DNA of 64,000 nucleotides from Octopus vulgaris (lineage: Eukaryota): assembly GCA_951406725.2 (NCBI GenBank), contig OX597835.1:46872001-46936000 (forward strand). Direction: 5' to 3'. The notes beneath the pieces were generated by a model. That model was given only the letters and a program-made list of their open reading frames with translations. It was not told where the DNA came from and made no database searches. The position numbers and the translations under genes were made by a program. Shown piece after piece: positions 25,310-38,821 of this stretch; positions within the stretch are counted from its first letter, which is position 1, and each line of letters opens with the position of its first letter.

Positions 25310-26290
25310 AGTAGTGGTGGTTGTGGTAGTGATATGGTGTTGAGGTGGTGGTATGGTGTTGATGTTGATGTTGATGGTAGCAGTATTGTGGTGGTGAGAT
25401 GGGAAAGAGGGATGATGCTGTAGTTGACGTTGTTGTCATTGACAACATTATCGTTTGCTGTTGGTAGTTATAACGTTGCTGTGGCTGAGGTTGTAGTTTT
25501 GGTGTTGTTGCTGATGACGGCGGTGATAATAGTGATGGTGGTGATTGTGGTGGTGGCGGTGGTGGCGGCGGCGGCGGTGGTGGGGGTGGTGGTGACGGTG
25601 ACGTAGTTGTGGTTGACGTTATTGTTGTCAACATCGTCTTCGTTTTTGACTGGTGACGTTGTCGTGGTTGACGCTGTTCTTGACATTGTTTGTCGTTGTT
25701 GTTCATGCTCTTTGAGACAACGTGGTCGATGACGTTGTTGTTGTTGTTGCTGCTGCTTCTTCTACTGCTGCTGCTGCTGTTGTTGTTGTAGTTGTTGTTG
25801 CTGTTGTCGCTTCTGATATTACAGTTGTTAATATAGAGATGGTGGCGGTGACGTTATTGTGGTTGACGTTTTTATTGACGCTGTTGTCGTTTCCCGTGTT
25901 GTGTTGGCGACATTATTATTATTGTCCGTTATTTTTGAAGCTGTCGTCAGCCGCAACTTCGTCGTTGTTGACGACAAATGTTGCTGTCGACTTGACAGAG
26001 TTACTATCTTTGTCGTTGTTGTTGACGATAACATTCTTTCAATCTTTGTTACCATTGCTGTTGTTGTTGCTGTTGTTGTTGTTGTTGTTGTTGCTAATGT
26101 TAATTCTAACACTATTGTTGCGATAGATGTCGCTGCTCTTGACATTGTTGTTATTAGTGACATTGCTATAATTGTTATCTTTGTTATTGTTTGTTGTTGT
26201 AGTTGTTGTAGCTATTGTTGTTGTTGTTGTTGATGTAGTTGCTGCTGTTGTTGTTGTTCTTCTTGTTGTTGTTGATGATGATGACATTGT
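25310..26290. repeat. Cryptic (TGT/TGG/TGA) trinucleotide low-complexity tract
   Basis: Mosaic GTT/GCT/GAT triplets; open in several frames on both strands. Confidence 0.8.
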
Positions 26291-27009
26291 CCGTTTCTAG
26301 TTAAGGGTGTGGAATTACTGTCAATCATTCGGGGTGGGCATACAACGTTAGTTAAAAAGTAGTTGAGATCTCGTGAGCTTCTCTAAAAAACACATCTGAC
26401 ACCCGCCACCTTTTCATGACGGGTAAGTGTCTAAGCTTCACCTACCACCGTGCCACCCGACCACACTTCACCCCGAGTATTACAATAACCACCGTTGCTA
26501 GGATCATTACGAACACACCACCATCACCACTAACATACAGCACCGTGTGAGAATTTGAACTAAGAAGGGTAGGATGTGCCACTATGTGGTCAGGTGATGC
26601 GCTAGAAATAGCAGTTAAATTTCTCTTCAGTCGTACCTTACAGTTTTGAAAAATGATATCTAACATAATAGAATCTGGGAAGGATTATATACATGACACT
26701 TGAAAAAAGATGGAATGGTCACGGCTGTTATGTCTTTCGTTATAGGATTGCTTGATCAGGGGGTTTAAGCAACACCGACCACAGCCAAAAATTAGCTGCC
26801 AATGTGTTAAGGAAGAATCACCAAAAACCATTTCCCCACCAACACCCACACCAACATAGCCAGACATTCATAGCGACCCGAACTATACTCGATGTATAAA
26901 TATGAGTGCAGGGTATTTTTGTTTACTGATATGCACACACGCACACTCACACATACACATGCATACTCATACAAACTTAAACACAAACAAACATACAAAC
27001 ATACAAACA

Positions 27010-27170
27010 TACGAGGTGGTATCAAAACGTTTCCGGACTAATTCTGTAGCGCGCCAACAGATGGCAGCACACGATTGCGTGCTTAGTGAGAGCTAGCAGT
27101 GACCTTCATGAGGCAGTGTACCGAGTAACATTGCTGTGTTTACTTTGCAAGCAATTACGGAGGAACATTG
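27010..27170. mobile_element. Mariner-type terminal fragment
   Basis: TA|CGAGGTGGTATCAAAACGTTTCCGGACT is a mariner-like TIR; no partner TIR found. Confidence 0.45.
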
Positions 27171-27329
27171 AGTTAACTTACTAAGAGTTACTGTGTGACG
27201 CGGCTTATCATCAAAAGAGTTAATTAAATCATTTTTATTAACAGAAATGTGACTGATTCCATTTACTTGAAGATACTGTAACTTTCTATCTCACCAAGCA
27301 TTCAAGAAGACTTTGGAGATGTGGAGTTT

Positions 27330-27650
27330 TATTCCCAGCAAGATGAGGATATCCACCACACAAGCACAGACATGAAAGGAGCTCTTTTGATGCAATTTTG
27401 CCAAAATTGTCGAATGGGCGAACCTCCCACAACTAAACTTTTCTTCGAGAGAATACTAAAAATATAAAGTTTACGGCACAAAACTTGTAGTAGTCGACGG
27501 ATCGAGGGCATTGAATAAGAATGGACGATAACATTGAAAGAAATGTCCCATGATGTTTATGATTCCATTAGATTCTGTTATCGACAATGTCCGTACCAGA
27601 ACAGGCATCAGTTTAACAACAGGTGCTCATTAAAAAAAAAATTAATATTC
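27330..27650 (+). pseudogene. Possible Tc1/mariner C-terminal relic
   Basis: TLKEMSHDVYDSIRFCYRQCPYQNRHQF resembles the C-terminal R..C...NG.HF motif; heavily degraded. Confidence 0.35.
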
Positions 27651-27798
27651 TATTTCATTTTAAAAATCAAATACCATTTCTCTGACGCAGTCTTTACAAT
27701 CATTCAATGTGTGTTTGCATCGTTTTCACTCACCCTCGATATGCAATTCGATTTTTCTAACATTAAAAAAAAAGAGAAAAGAAACTTTTAAACAATTT

Positions 27799-28004
27799 TT
27801 CTTTTACTCTTTTACTTGTTTCAGTCATTTGACTGCGGCCATGCTGGAGCACCGCCTTTAGTCGAGCAACTCGACTCCGGGACTTATTCTTTGTAAGCCC
27901 AGTACTTATTCTATCGGTCTCTTTTGCCGAACCGCTAAGTGACTGGGACGTAAACACACCAGCATCGGTTGTCAAGCAATGCTAGGGGGGACAAACACAG
28001 ACAC

Positions 28005-28045
<41 letters not shown>

Positions 28046-28210
28046 TATATACATATATACGACAGGCTTCTTTCAGTTTCCGTCTACCAAATCCACTCAC
28101 AAGGCATTGGTCGGTCCGGGGCTATAGCAGAAGACACTTGCCCAAGATGCCACGCAGAGGGACTGAACCCGAAACCATGTGGTTGGTTAGCAAGCTACTT
28201 ACCACACAGC
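27799..28210 (-). mobile_element. SINE family A, full length, low divergence
   Basis: Complete reverse-orientation consensus. Confidence 0.9.
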
Positions 28211-28282
28211 CAATTTTTTTTCAGAAAATCTCTCATCAGATATTGTGGTTGTATCAAGTATTTTTCGTGAAAACATAAATAG

Positions 28283-29010
28283 CCGTGGCTGTGTGGTAAG
28301 AAGCTTATTTCCCAACCACATGGTTCTGAGTTCAGTCCCACCGCGTGGAACGTTGGGCACGTGTCTCCTATCATAACCTTGGGCCAACCAAAGCCTTGTG
28401 AGTAGATTTGGTAGAAAGAACTGAAAGAAGTCCATTCTATACATTAGGGGCAGATGTGGGTGCGTGCGTGGTAAGAAGCTTGCTTCATAACCACATGGTT
28501 TCGGGTTCAGTCACACTGCGTGGCACCTTGAGCAAGTGTCTTCTACTATAACCTCGGGTCGATCAAAGCCTCAAGAGCGTATTTAGGAAACGGAAACTGA
28601 AAGAAGCCTGTCGTATGGGTGGTTTTACACCTTTTTTTTTATCAAATGAGAGAATTTTCTCCACGGTGACTGCAGTGAGTTTGCCTTGGGCAATTGTAAT
28701 ACGCCATAAACATATTTTAACTAACCTAAAATGTGTGTGTGTGTTTTTGTGTGTGTGTTTATGTGTGGTTGTGTGTGTGTTTGTGTGTTTTAATGTGTGT
28801 GTATATGTGTTTGTGTTTGTCCCCACCATCGCTTGACAACCCGTGTTGATGTGTTTACGTCCTCGTGACTAACCGGTCCAGCAAAAGCGACCGATAGAAT
28901 AAGTCCCAGCCTTAACAGAAAATTAATACTAGGGTCGATTCAAGCGAATAAAATTCTTTTAAGTCGGTGCCCCAGCATGGCCATAGTCTAATAATCAAAG
29001 GTAAAAGAAT
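28283..29010 (+). mobile_element. SINE family A with duplicated head (28283-28440, 28455-28617), an internal MITE fragment and tail (28795-29010)
   Basis: Two successive GGTAAGAAGCTT...GAAAGAAG heads, then the 1811-type fragment, then the family A tail. Confidence 0.7.
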
Positions 29011-29169
29011 ATATATCATTTCTATATCTCAGAGATGAGGAATTATCTACATTATTTACATTATTTATATTGATTGATTGGTTCTAGTTTCAGCTCACGA
29101 GCTGTGGCCATGCTGGGGCACCGCCATTTTTACAATTGACGGATATTTGTCCTCAACGTGTTTGTTGTT

Positions 29170-29215
29170 AACACAACGTTTCGGCTGATATACCCTCCAG
29201 CCTTCATCAGGTATC
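29170..29215 (-). ncRNA. Type I hammerhead ribozyme (minimal, PLE-type)
   Basis: GATAC CTGATGA A GGCTG-GAGGGTATAT-CAGCC GAAAC GTT GTGTT; perfect 5-bp stem II and intact core. Confidence 0.7.
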
Positions 29216-29374
29216 CTGGGGAAATTTCGAACCTGGGTTTCCTATGGTATTTTTCGATGTTATCATTATTATTAATATTATTATTATTCAGGTCACTGCC
29301 TAGAATCGAACACAGAATCTTGGGGTTAGTAACCCGCACTCATAACCACTAAGCCATATGTCCGTGGGCAGTAA

Positions 29375-29446
<72 letters not shown>

Positions 29447-29491
29447 GAAGAAGAAGAAGAAGAACAACAACAACAACTGCTGCTGCTGCTG

Positions 29492-29597
<106 letters not shown>

Positions 29598-29645
29598 ATC
29601 GAAAAACACCTTAGGAATGAGAGCCCAGGTTCAAAATTTCCCCAA

Positions 29646-29691
29646 GACACCTGATGAAGGCTGGAGGGTACATCAACCGAAACGTTGTGTT
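29646..29691 (+). ncRNA. Type I hammerhead ribozyme (minimal, PLE-type)
   Basis: GACAC CTGATGA A GGCTG-GAGGGTACAT-CAACC GAAAC GTT GTGTT; one mismatch in stem II. Confidence 0.65.
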
Positions 29692-30065
29692 AACAACAAA
29701 CAAGATGAGGACAAATATCCGCCAATTGTAAATAATGTAAATAATGAATGTATGAGATGTTCTGTATAAAATCAGGTTAGCATCAGAGTAAAGTAATACT
29801 CAATACTTTTAATAGAGTACAAGTTTATTAACATTCACAAAGTTCATAGTGACGTCGACGTTTCAGCTTGTTCGTGTTCATCAGACAGCGGTTTTTTGGT
29901 TTACGTCTTCGTATCTTGGAGGATCGTGAAAGGAGATGAATGGATCCTAGTGTTAGAATTCGGAAGAATAAGTACGGGGTCGTTTTGTTCGATTAAATCC
30001 TTCAAGGCATGGCCCAGCAAGGCTGCAGTCCAATGGTCTGTCCAAATACAAGTAAAAGGTATTAT

Positions 30066-30148
<83 letters not shown>

Positions 30149-30224
30149 CATATATATATATATATATATGTGTATATATATATATATATATATGTGTATA
30201 CAAACGCACACACACATATATATT

Positions 30225-30687
30225 TTTATTCTTTTATTCTTTCCGTTGTTTCGGTCATTTTGACTGCGGCCATGCTGGAGCATCGCCTTTAGTCGAACAA
30301 ATCGACCACAGAACTTATTCTTTGCAAGCCCAGTACTTATTCTATCGGTCTCTTTTGCAGAACCGGTAAGTTACGGGGACGTGAACACACCAGCATCGGT
30401 TGTCAAGCAGTGATGGGGTAACAAACACAGACACACAAATACATACATATACATGTATACATATACATTCATACACACATACATACGCGCGCGCGCACAA
30501 ACACACAAACACAGACAAACATACACATATATGACAGGTTTCTTTCAGTTTCCGTCTACCGAAGTCCACCCACAAGACTTTGGTCGACCCGAGGCTATAG
30601 TGAAAGACACTTGCCGAAGGTGCCAGGCAGTGGAACTGAACCTGGAACCATGTGGTTAGGAAGTAATCTTCATACTACACAGCCACT
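30225..30687 (-). mobile_element. SINE family A, full length
   Basis: Reverse-orientation consensus from the tail to the ACACAGCCAC head. Confidence 0.85.
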
Positions 30688-31091
30688 TGTATGTATGTAT
30701 GTATGTATGTATGTATGTATGTATGTATGTATGTATGTATGTATGTATGTATGTGTATGTGTATGTATGTATGTATGTATGTATGTATGTGTGTATGTAT
30801 GTATGTATGTATGTATGTATGTATGTATGTATGTATGTATGTATGTATGTATGTATGTATGTATGTATGTATGTATGTATGTATGTATGTATGTATGTAT
30901 GTATGTATGTGTGTATGTATGTATGTATGTATGTATGTGCGTATGTGTATGTATGTATGTATGTATGTATGTATGTGCGTATGTGTATGTATGTATGTAT
31001 GTATGTATGTATGTATGTATGTGTATGTATGTATGTATGTATGTATGTATGTACGTACGTATGTATGTATGTATGTATGTATCTATGTATG

Positions 31092-31125
<34 letters not shown>

Positions 31126-31181
31126 TATATGTATGTATGTATGTACATATGTATGTATCTATCTATCTGTCTATCTATCTG

Positions 31182-31212
<31 letters not shown>

Positions 31213-31220
31213 ATCTATCT
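30688..31220. repeat. (TATG)n then (TATC)n microsatellite
   Basis: Direct reading. Confidence 0.95.
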
Positions 31221-31730
31221 ATGTTACAAACACGGGCCCACATTGGTGACGAGGATTGGCGATGATGATGTCAGCACATATTGTCTTCCAAAAATAAGAA
31301 AGAAAAAGAAAAGAAAAAAAGAACGAACGGCAACAATTTTCCTTTCTTAAGAAACGATGTCTGTTGCTTCATAGATTTCGGAAGTAATATCAGAAAGAGA
31401 AAGAAAATGAGAAAAAAAAAATAATGAAAAGCTAAGAGAAAGGAAAAATTGTTCATCTCTGAGAATTAGGTAGGCGACATAAGGATATATGGCACCATCT
31501 TTGGTCACAGTGATAATTCTTTGTTTAGTCATAGTTAGAAGTCTACAATTTCCGTGACAACCACCCCCAAAGAAACACTTGACTGTGTCAGGTAAATATC
31601 AGGAGGCTCCCTGGAATTCTATTGAATTCCAGTGAAGCTCAACAAAACGGTTCTGCCTGCTTCCTAGTTCCGTTCGTTTTTCACCTATTTGTTTTGTTAT
31701 ACGCGCGTGCACACACATACACACACACAA

Positions 31731-31779
<49 letters not shown>

Positions 31780-31886
31780 AGCGCGCACACAGATATATAT
31801 AACAAAGATGGATGATCATACATATACATGTATTTAATATGGTCAAACTTAAATACATTATTTATCTTTCTCTTCTACCTCTCTCA

Positions 31887-31978
<92 letters not shown>

Positions 31979-32077
31979 TCATACATATATACCGTATATA
32001 TACCTACATATAATATATATATATACACACACAAATACACATACACATATAAACTTATGTATATATGTATGTATATA

Positions 32078-32155
<78 letters not shown>

Positions 32156-32186
32156 TATAAATAGAGAGAGAGAGAGAGAGAATGAC

Positions 32187-32250
<64 letters not shown>

Positions 32251-32855
32251 GTATATTCATTTATACATGAATATATACACATGCACACACACACACACAC
32301 ACTATATACCCATATACATATCTATATACATATATACAACTGCGCGGTTGGGAGTGGTAGGTGTTATTTCTTCCCCCTACCTTCCACCACGCCCCTCTTC
32401 ATCATACTCCGCTCCTTAATTTTTCCTCTCATTACAAATATAAAAACCGTCCACCCGACCAGCCACCCCTTAATTTAGATAACCACTAACGCCAACATCG
32501 CCATCTGAAGGAAATAACATACCTATGACATTTTGAAGATTTTTGTAAAAATTTGCTTTTGTTTATTTATTTATTTTTTGTGGCAGGAGCGAAAAGAAAA
32601 ATGGAGTCAGTCGGTCATGGCAGGTCTGTGTATTGAGTTATTTGTGTCGACATGTACACACATATCCAAACACGCACATAAAGACACACACACACACACA
32701 CACAATCATAATCCGTATATACATATATGCATATGCATACACATAAACACAGTCGACCAGATAAGCACATGCACTTTATATATACGTATATATATATGCA
32801 TATATATACATATATGTATGAAAATATGACTGTGTGCTTGTGTGTGTGTGTGTGC

Positions 32856-32909
<54 letters not shown>

Positions 32910-33009
32910 TCAAGCCTAAACAATACCACCTTACAAAGATATAAATATAATTATATATCAACAGAGACAGATAGAGCAGAAGCAAATCAGAAATATGTAT
33001 GTTTGTGTG

Positions 33010-33059
<50 letters not shown>

Positions 33060-33245
33060 TGTATGTATGTGTATGGTTATGTGTGTATTCATATATATAT
33101 GTGTGTATATATATATATATGTGTGTGTGTGTGTATGTATGTATGTGTATGGTTATGTGTGTATTCATATATATATGTGTGTATATATATATATATGTGT
33201 GTGTGTGTGTCTGTATGTATGTGTATGGTTATGTGTGTATTCATA

Positions 33246-33342
<97 letters not shown>

Positions 33343-34206
33343 ATATATATATATGTGTGTGTAAGTATATCTGTATGTGTGTGTGTGTCTAGCGACGGAA
33401 TCGCTTGCAGTGACGTCGCTGTTGGCTGGTGAGGTGTAAGTGTTGCTTTAATAGACCCAATGTAACAACACCAAATTATACGTTTGTATTTCTTGGTTGC
33501 CTCGGTGGAAAATCGTGTCGTTTTCTCGTTAAAAGTCTGGCACCAGGGCTTCTATCCCAAAACACCAAAAACATTGACTATGCAGACTTCATGGTCTGCT
33601 GCTGCTAACAGCAACAACGGCAGCATCAGCATCACCAGACAACACTTTCTCTCGGCCTGTCACCGAGAGTCCGGTTGGCGACACTATCAACGCCATTGTC
33701 ACCTCGAAACAGGTGACTAATTATCACAGAAAACAACAGACGGCTTTCTTTGTTTCTCTCTTTCTCTCTTTGCACTCTTTTATCTCTCTCTCTCTCTCCT
33801 CCTCTCCACCCCCTCTCTCTCCCTTTATCTCTCTTTCTCTCTCCTCTCTCTCCCTTTTTTGTCCAACCTATCACACAGTCATACACACACACATATATTT
33901 ACACACATATTCATAAATATATATATATAAGAATATCTACATTTATAAATATATATATACTTACATATTTATAAGAATATGTAATTATGTATACATACAT
34001 ACATACATATACATACATATATATATATATATATATATTAAATCTATGTTCATACGTCAATATATATATATATACATACATGTATATATATGTGTGTGTG
34101 AGTGTGTATGTATTTATATATGAATATATATACATACATGCATAAATATATGTATATAAGCATATATATATACTTACATGCATATATATATACATATATA
34201 CATACA

Positions 34207-34267
<61 letters not shown>

Positions 34268-34460
34268 GTATATACATACAAACATATATATATTCTTCTT
34301 CTTCCAAGTAAGTTTTATATATGTATATATATCTATACATGGAAGAATGTGTATATAGTTTCTATATATTATTAAATCTATGTTAATACGCTAATTGTAT
34401 TCCTAGGTTTGGTATATTGGTGCATAACAAGGAGCATGTCTCCATCACCAATGGCCTATT

Positions 34461-34496
<36 letters not shown>

Positions 34497-35303
34497 TCTG
34501 TCCTTGAATAATCCGCCATAGCCGCTATCTTTTCCCTTCTTTTCCCAGGTTTCTTACTTTCAGGTTATGGACAGCGACCATGCTATAGTATCGTCTGAGA
34601 AATGGTGATGGACTGGAATGTCGGGTCCACCTACACTTTGTCCCGGACACTCCCTTTAACCATTTATTTATTTATTTATTTATTTATTCATTTATTTATT
34701 TATTTATTCTGCTTTGGCAACAAGAGGAAAGCGACCATTCAAGTTATTCATTTATCAATTTATTCATATGCCAGGGCCGTCCTGCCTTCCAGACTGTTGG
34801 AACAAATGGTGTTGAATATCCCCAAAGTACAGATCTAGCCTGAATGTTCGCAACGGAGAGGATTCACAAAAGTTACCCAAGGTCGAGGTGGACGCGTTAA
34901 ATCGAATGGTACACACACACACACATATATATATATACATACAGAATGTTGGGGAAAATTTCAAAACTTTAAAGCAGGAACTCAAGACAACGAATGAAAA
35001 ATTCAGTTAAGGGAAAGAAAAATTATAGGAAAAAAGAATTTAAGCATAAATTTACTTTGAGTCCAGAAACTTAATTACAGGATTCCGAAGAGAAACAATA
35101 TCTTAGAAAAAAGAGTCCAGCAATAAATCTTATGTAATCAATATTGAATCCCTCACCAAAGAAATGGGAAAATTGCAGTGGAAGGAATGAAGGATCTAAT
35201 ATTTGAATACGTGTTCAAGAATTTGACTCTCTGAAAGGAAGTCTCTCGTACAGGCATACATATGGATACAAAGGAATCCAGAAGCTTCTACGATCCTTTC
35301 TTT

Positions 35304-35490
35304 GTTAGTTAGTTAGTTAGTTAATTTGGCTCAAAAGCAAATAGCAAGGCCATGTAGGGGGACATGGAGTTAAGTACAGGGTGGTGTTCATGTAAAGAGT
35401 TCAGGCCACTTGAGGTCCAGGGAGGCTTTGAACAAAGCGGTCGTCGGCATCTTCACCATCTCATCTGGCAGCTTGTTCCACGGATCCGCA
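35304..35490 (-). mobile_element. CR1/L2-group LINE 3' end with (CTAA)n tail
   Basis: Minus strand ADPWNKLPDEMVKMPTTALFKASLDLKWPELFT*, then a 3' UTR and (TAAC)n. Near-identical to 59863-60064. Confidence 0.75.
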
Positions 35491-35521
35491 GTATGGGGCA
35501 AATCGAGCGCATAACAAATAA

Positions 35522-36050
35522 TTGTATCCCATAACCCAGTTTTCTACAGACACCGGAGTGACATTTGGTAAGTCTAAATGTGCATTTTTGACAGTGGAAC
35601 ATGGTGAAGCTGTGCTCTCCTCTGAAAATCTAAAGATGAGCAGCTGGCCAATACAACCTTTACGGCCAGGTGACAGTTATAGGTATCTTGGACAAGATAG
35701 AAGTGTCAGATATGATGGATCGATAAATAATGAGAGGACCAGAAGTGAATACCTGAGGAGAGTCAAAACAATATGGTCATCAGAACTCTCAGATTACAAC
35801 AAACATATTGCCTATACCACCATCGCAGTGCCTGCCCCCACGCCCATGTTTGGTCTTCTGTTCTGGTCACTGCAAGAACTCAACGAGATGGATGTTCGAA
35901 CTTGCAAGCTGCTCAGCGTCACAGGAAACTTCAACATCAATGGAGATGTAGATAGCCGATACTTCCCACTCAGGTGTGGTGGTCGTGGCCTCAAATCTGT
36001 ATTGTAGTTACATGAAGCACGTACGGTGACACTGAAGCAACATCTGCGGC
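35522..36050 (+). pseudogene. R4/Dong-like non-LTR RT fragment
   Basis: FSTDTGVTFGKSKCA...DSYRYLG...IWSSELSDYNK...IAVP...DVDSRYFPLRCGGRGLKS resembles the post-RT region of R4-clade elements; ends in (GAA)n. Confidence 0.65.
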
Positions 36051-36055
36051 AGATG

Positions 36056-37415
36056 GAGGAGGAGGAGGAGGAAGAAGAAGAAGAAGAAGAAGAAGAAGAA
36101 GAAGAAGAAGAAGAAGAAGAAGAAGAAGGAGGAGAAGGAGAAGAAGAAGAAGAAGAAGAAGAAGGAGAAGTAGAAGAAGAAAAAGAAGAAGAAGAAGAAG
36201 AAGAAAAAGAAGCAGAAGAAGAAGAAGAAGTGGAAGGAGGAGGAGGAGGAGGAAGAAGAAGAAGAAGAAGAAGAAGAAGAAGAAGAAAAAGAAGAAGAAG
36301 GCGAAGAAGAAGAAGAAGAAGAAGAAGAAGAAGAAGAAGAAGAAGAAGAAGAAGAAGAAGAGAAGAAGAAAAGAAGAAGAAGAAGAAGAAGAAGAAGAAG
36401 AAGAAGAAGAAGAAGAAGAAGAAGAAGAAGAAGAAGAAGAAGAAGAAGAAGAAGAAGAAGAAGAAGAAGAAGAAGAAGAAGAAGAAGAAGAAGAGCGGAG
36501 GAAGAGGAGGCGGAAGCGGCGGATGGTGGAAGAATCCTTCTACAGAAAGTTCTGAAAACAAATCAATTGTTGAAAAGAGAAGTCAGAAGAAGTTGTTGTT
36601 GTTGTTGTTATGTCTTCGGGTCCTGTGTATGTCAGTTCGGGTATTTCTGAGGTGGACACTCCTTGTCCGGGTATCTCCTCCTTCAATGTCGTTATCATCC
36701 ATATCGTCGTCGCCATCATCATCGTCATCGTCACCACCACCACCACCAACAACAACAACTAACTCCAGCCCCCAACTCCAACCACCTCCAACACCATCGT
36801 CATCATCACCATCATCATCATTGTCACCATCACAACCACCACCATTATCATCATCGACACCGCCAACTCTATCGTCACCTTCATCCTCATCGCTGTCCCC
36901 ATCGTCGTCGTCGCTTTCACTGTGTTCCGCCTTTACCTCTTCTTGTTCTTTCCTTCTTTCTTTCTTTCTTTCTTTCCTTCTTTCTTTCTTTCTTTCTTTA
37001 TTTCCTTCTTTCTTTCCTTCTTTCCTTCTTCCTTTCTTTCTTTCCTTCTTTCTTTCTCTCCTTCTTTCCTTCTTTCCTTCTTTCTTTCCTTCTTTCTTTC
37101 CTTCTTTCTTTCCTTCTTTTCTTCTTTCTTTCCTTCTTTCTTTCTTTCTTTCCTTCTTTCTTTCTTTCTTTCTTTCTTTCCTTCTTTCTTTCCTTATTTC
37201 TTTCTTTCTTTCCTTCTTTCTTTCTTTCCTTCTTTCTTTCCTTCTTTCTTTCTTTCTTCCCTTCTTTCTTTCTTTCCTTCTTTCTTTCTTTCCTTCTTTC
37301 TTTCTTTCTTTCTTTCTTTCCTTCCTTCTTTCTTTCCTTCTTTCTTTCTTTCTTTCTTTCCTTCTTTCTTTCTTTCTTTCTCTCCTTCTTTCTTTCCTTC
37401 CTTCTTTCTTTCTTT
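36056..37415. repeat. (GAA)n/(AAG)n, cryptic (CAT)n and (CTTT/CCTT)n arrays
   Basis: Direct reading. Confidence 0.9.
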
Positions 37416-37939
37416 CTGTTTTCATCTGTCTCCGCCCTTTATCTCAGTCTCCGTCACCCGTCTGCTGATCCGCCGCCATCACCACCACCACCACAACCAC
37501 GGCCGCCGCCACTCCCCTCCCACGCCCGTATGCACCCACAAAATACTCAAACCTGGTTTTGGCTTGGAAAATAAAACAGTAAAGTTATATTAGTGGGACA
37601 CGAAGGGCGAGGTTCTCAATTGGCATCTGAAAATGCATTGTTAATTGTAACGGTTAAAGATCCTTTCCATTGCACACGCACCCACACGGATGGGTATCTG
37701 TGCCTTGATGTATAAATATATGTTTACGTGTGTGTGTGTGTGTGTGTGTGTGTGTCTGTGTGTGTACATAATTGTATATAATTATGGTCATATAATTATT
37801 AGTGTTTCTAGGTGAATGCAAACGTACGTTCCTATATACATACGTGCGTAAGGTATGAGCACGCATTCGAGTAGACATATACATGTGTGTGTGTGAGTGC
37901 GTAACTACGCACATGTATATAAATATATATATATATATA

Positions 37940-38308
37940 CTAGCAGTATCGCCCGACGTTGCTCGGGTTTGTAAGGGAAATAACTATATAAGCATTTTTA
38001 GAGAGTTATAGCAAAAAAATGCATTAAAAATGGAAACAAATGATGGTAATTTTTTTTTAAATTGTTGACTCATCGTAGACATTTTTGTGAGAGTTACTTC
38101 CCTTATATAATAGCGAAAAAATGCATTAAAATAGAAAAAAATGATGGTAATATTTTTTTTAAATCGTAGGCTCATCGTAGACGCGCGCTAATACCCAGAA
38201 GGGCTCGATATGAATCGCGACTATAAGATATCGCTTTTGGTTACACTGCACCGCAAAATGTGGGAGTAGTTAGGAATCTAAATCGTAGGAGACAGACACA
38301 CAACTTCA

Positions 38309-38320
<12 letters not shown>
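37940..38320 (-). mobile_element. Non-autonomous Helitron (short variant)
   Basis: Minus-strand 3' end CCCGAGCAACGTCGGG hairpin + ATACTGCTAG|T; homologous to 10646-11209 but lacks ~170 bp of internal sequence. Confidence 0.75.
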
Positions 38321-38354
<34 letters not shown>

Positions 38355-38359
<5 letters not shown>

Positions 38360-38672
38360 TTCTATTCTTTTATTTATTTCAGTCATTTTACTGCGGCCAT
38401 GCTGAAGCACCGCCTTTAATCGAACAAATCGACCCTAGGACTTATTCTTTGTAGGCCTAAGTTACAGGAACGTTAACACACCACCATCGTTTGTCATGCG
38501 ATGGTGGGGGGGGGACAAACAGATACACAAACACACACACACACATATATATATATACGACGGGCTTCTTTCAGTTTCCGTCTACCAGATCCACTCACAA
38601 GGCTTTGGTCGGCCCGAGGCTATAGCTGAAGGCACTTGCCCAAGATGCCACGAAGTGTGACTGAACCCAGAA
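38355..38672 (-). mobile_element. SINE family A (internally shortened)
   Basis: Reverse-orientation tail, body and partial head. Confidence 0.75.
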
Positions 38673-38759
38673 TCATAATGAAGCTCAGTTTCATACACTG
38701 ACGGGGGAGATAACCACCCCCGTGATTCCGTGTGACTAAGAGAATTTAACTCTTATTGC

Positions 38760-38820
<61 letters not shown>

Positions 38821-38821
<1 letters not shown>

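Noticed and set aside
28200-28250. CTGATGA...GAAA on the minus strand between two SINE heads (also ~24590-24612)
   Set aside because: No stem I or stem III pairing; treated as a chance match.
36026-37468. 480-aa ORF with poly-E/R/K and FFLS repeats
   Set aside because: Consists of (GAA)n, (CAT)n and (CTTT)n arrays; not a protein.
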